Source of the DNA: an uncultured Bacteroidota bacterium
Lineage (GTDB): Bacteria; Bacteroidota; Bacteroidia; Bacteroidales; P3
DNA: 64,000 nucleotides
Reading direction: 5' to 3'
NCBI GenBank assembly: GCA_902762805.1
Contig: CACWPQ010000006.1
Coordinates: 64,695-128,694 of the forward strand
Shown here: piece by piece, positions 62,541 to 64,000 of the stretch
Position numbering within the stretch: the stretch's first letter is position 1
How the letters are laid out: the number at the start of each line of letters is the position of its first letter
Program-made: the position numbers and the translations under genes
The notes under the pieces: model-generated
What the model was told of the DNA's origin: nothing
Databases searched by the model: none
What the model saw: only the letters and a program-made list of their open reading frames with translations

Positions 62541-63203
62541 ATGAACGAATTCGAGAAATACGCCACCCGCCACCGTGGCATCAGCAGCACCACCATGGCC
62601 AAGTACACCTCGGCCATCAACAACTCCCTCACTCCGTACATCGTCGAGGAGCGTCAGCTGAACGTAGCCCAGATGGATGTCTTCAGCCGCCTGATGATGG
62701 ACCGCATCATCTTCCTCGGCACCGCCATCGACGATTACACGGCCAACGTCATCCAGGCCCAGCTCCTCTTCCTCGAGAATATGGATCCGGACCGCGAGAT
62801 CACCATCTACCTCAACTCGCCCGGCGGCTCGGTCTACGCGGGCCTTGGCATCTACGACACCATGCAGTTCATCCAGCCCAAAGTGGCCACCATCTGCACC
62901 GGCCTGGCCGCCTCGATGGCCTCGGTGCTCCTCTGCGCCGGCGAGAAAGGGCGCCGCTCGGCCCTGCCCCACTCGCGCGTGATGATCCACCAGCCTATGG
63001 GCGGCGCCGACGGTCAGGCCACCGACATGGAAATCACCGTCCGCGAGATACTGAAGCTCAAGAAAGAGCTCTACGAAATCATCTCGCTCCACAGTGGCCA
63101 GCCCTTCGAGCAGGTGGAAAAAGACAGCGACCGCGACCACTGGTTCACCGCCGAAGAGGCCCTCCAGTACGGCATGATTGACGAGGTGCTGACGAAGAAA
63201 TAA
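62541..63203 (+). CDS. clpP: ATP-dependent Clp protease proteolytic subunit
   Basis: RIIFLGTAIDD...YLNSPGGSVYAGLGIYDTMQF...GLAASMASVLL...MIHQP. The catalytic Ser and His contexts are present. Confidence 0.96.
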   Translation: MNEFEKYATRHRGISSTTMAKYTSAINNSLTPYIVEERQLNVAQMDVFSRLMMDRIIFLGTAIDDYTANVIQAQLLFLENMDPDREITIYLNSPGGSVYAGLGIYDTMQFIQPKVATICTGLAASMASVLLCAGEKGRRSALPHSRVMIHQPMGGADGQATDMEITVREILKLKKELYEIISLHSGQPFEQVEKDSDRDHWFTAEEALQYGMIDEVLTKK

Positions 63204-63251
63204 TGCTAGTGGTTATCACCCGCTATTACAGAATTCAACCACCACTTCGTT

Positions 63252-64000
63252 ATGGAACAGCAACTGTTGATTTACAATACTTTGAGCCGTCAGAAAGAGC
63301 TCTTCCGCCCCCTGCATGAGGGGCGGGTGGGCATGTATGTCTGCGGCCCCACCGTCTACGGCGACGCCCACCTCGGCCACGCACGCCCGGCCATCACCTT
63401 CGACGTCGTCTTCCGCTACCTCCAGCACCTCGGCTACAAGGTGCGCTACGTCCGCAACATCACCGACGTGGGCCACCTCGAGCACGACGCCGACGAGGGC
63501 GAAGACAAGATTGCCAAGAAGGCACGCCTCGAGCAGCTCGAGCCCATGGAGGTGGCGCAGTACTACATGGGCCGCTACCATACCGCCATGGACAAGCTCA
63601 ATGTGCTGCCCCCCAGCATCGAACCCCAGGCCTCGGGCCACATCATCGAGCAGATAGCCCTCGTGCAGCAGATACTCGACGCCGGCTACGCCTATGTCAG
63701 CAACGGCTCGGTCTACTTCGACGTGCGCAAGTACCAGGACGACACCCACAAGTACGGACGCCTATCCGGCCGCGTCATCGACGAGATGCTCGCCACCACG
63801 CGCGAGCTCGACGGACAGGACGAGAAGCGCTTCCCCGGCGACTTCGCCCTCTGGAAGAAAGCCTCGCCGGAGCACATCATGCGCTGGCCCTCGCCCTGGA
63901 GCGACGGCTTCCCCGGCTGGCACGCCGAGTGCACCGCCATGGGCGCCAAGTACCTCGGCTCGCCGTTCGACATCCACGGCGGCGGCATGGACCTCGTCTT
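63252..64000 (+). CDS. cysS: Cysteine--tRNA ligase, N-terminal part (runs off the window)
   Basis: [21 protein letters not shown]...[19 protein letters not shown] (HIGH motif) ...[11 protein letters not shown]...DIHGGGMDL. Open to the window end, so it is absent from the ORF track. Confidence 0.92.
   Translation, partial: MEQQLLIYNTLSRQKELFRPLHEGRVGMYVCGPTVYGDAHLGHARPAITFDVVFRYLQHLGYKVRYVRNITDVGHLEHDADEGEDKIAKKARLEQLEPMEVAQYYMGRYHTAMDKLNVLPPSIEPQASGHIIEQIALVQQILDAGYAYVSNGSVYFDVRKYQDDTHKYGRLSGRVIDEMLATTRELDGQDEKRFPGDFALWKKASPEHIMRWPSPWSDGFPGWHAECTAMGAKYLGSPFDIHGGGMDLV

Overview
High-GC (roughly 60-65% by eye) Bacteroidota (Bacteroidales-like) chromosomal segment, densely coding. Taxon evidence: TAnnTTTG -7 promoter boxes, several T9SS C-terminal sorting domains, an S46 dipeptidyl-peptidase, and the Bacteroidetes dcw gene order. 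The core is a complete minus-strand dcw cluster (mraZ-rsmH-ftsL-ftsI-murE-mraY-[murD remnant]-ftsW-murG-murC-ftsQ-ftsA-ftsZ, 14.6-29.8 kb). Housekeeping genes flank it: efp, rbfA, mnmA, rsmE, tadA, hup, fmt, ribH, rpoN, uvrD/pcrA, dtd, prmC, rnhA, trmD, clpP, cysS. Secreted or T9SS cargo genes are an M1 peptidase, a 1228-aa type-B-CTD adhesin, a 905-aa surface protein, a CotH protein and a GH29 fucosidase. No rRNA, tRNA, CRISPR array, transposase, integrase or recognisable defence system was seen. The long antisense ORFs in the track are high-GC shadow ORFs. Points worth a second look: (1) many short tandem-repeat tracts (mostly 7-bp units, also 8, 10 and 11 bp) lie inside essential genes, inside signal peptides, or make up whole intercistronic spacers. 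(2) The murD slot holds only a 179-aa C-terminal-domain homolog. (3) rpoN reads in frame, with no stop, into a signal-peptide/M23 peptidase module. (4) A ~90-100-bp REP/MITE-like element occurs in at least six copies, two of them near-identical direct repeats bracketing the adhesin gene. (5) A second intergenic repeat family and a 19-bp perfect palindrome look like candidate regulatory sites. Coordinates of repeats and motifs were counted by hand and may be off by 1-2 nt.
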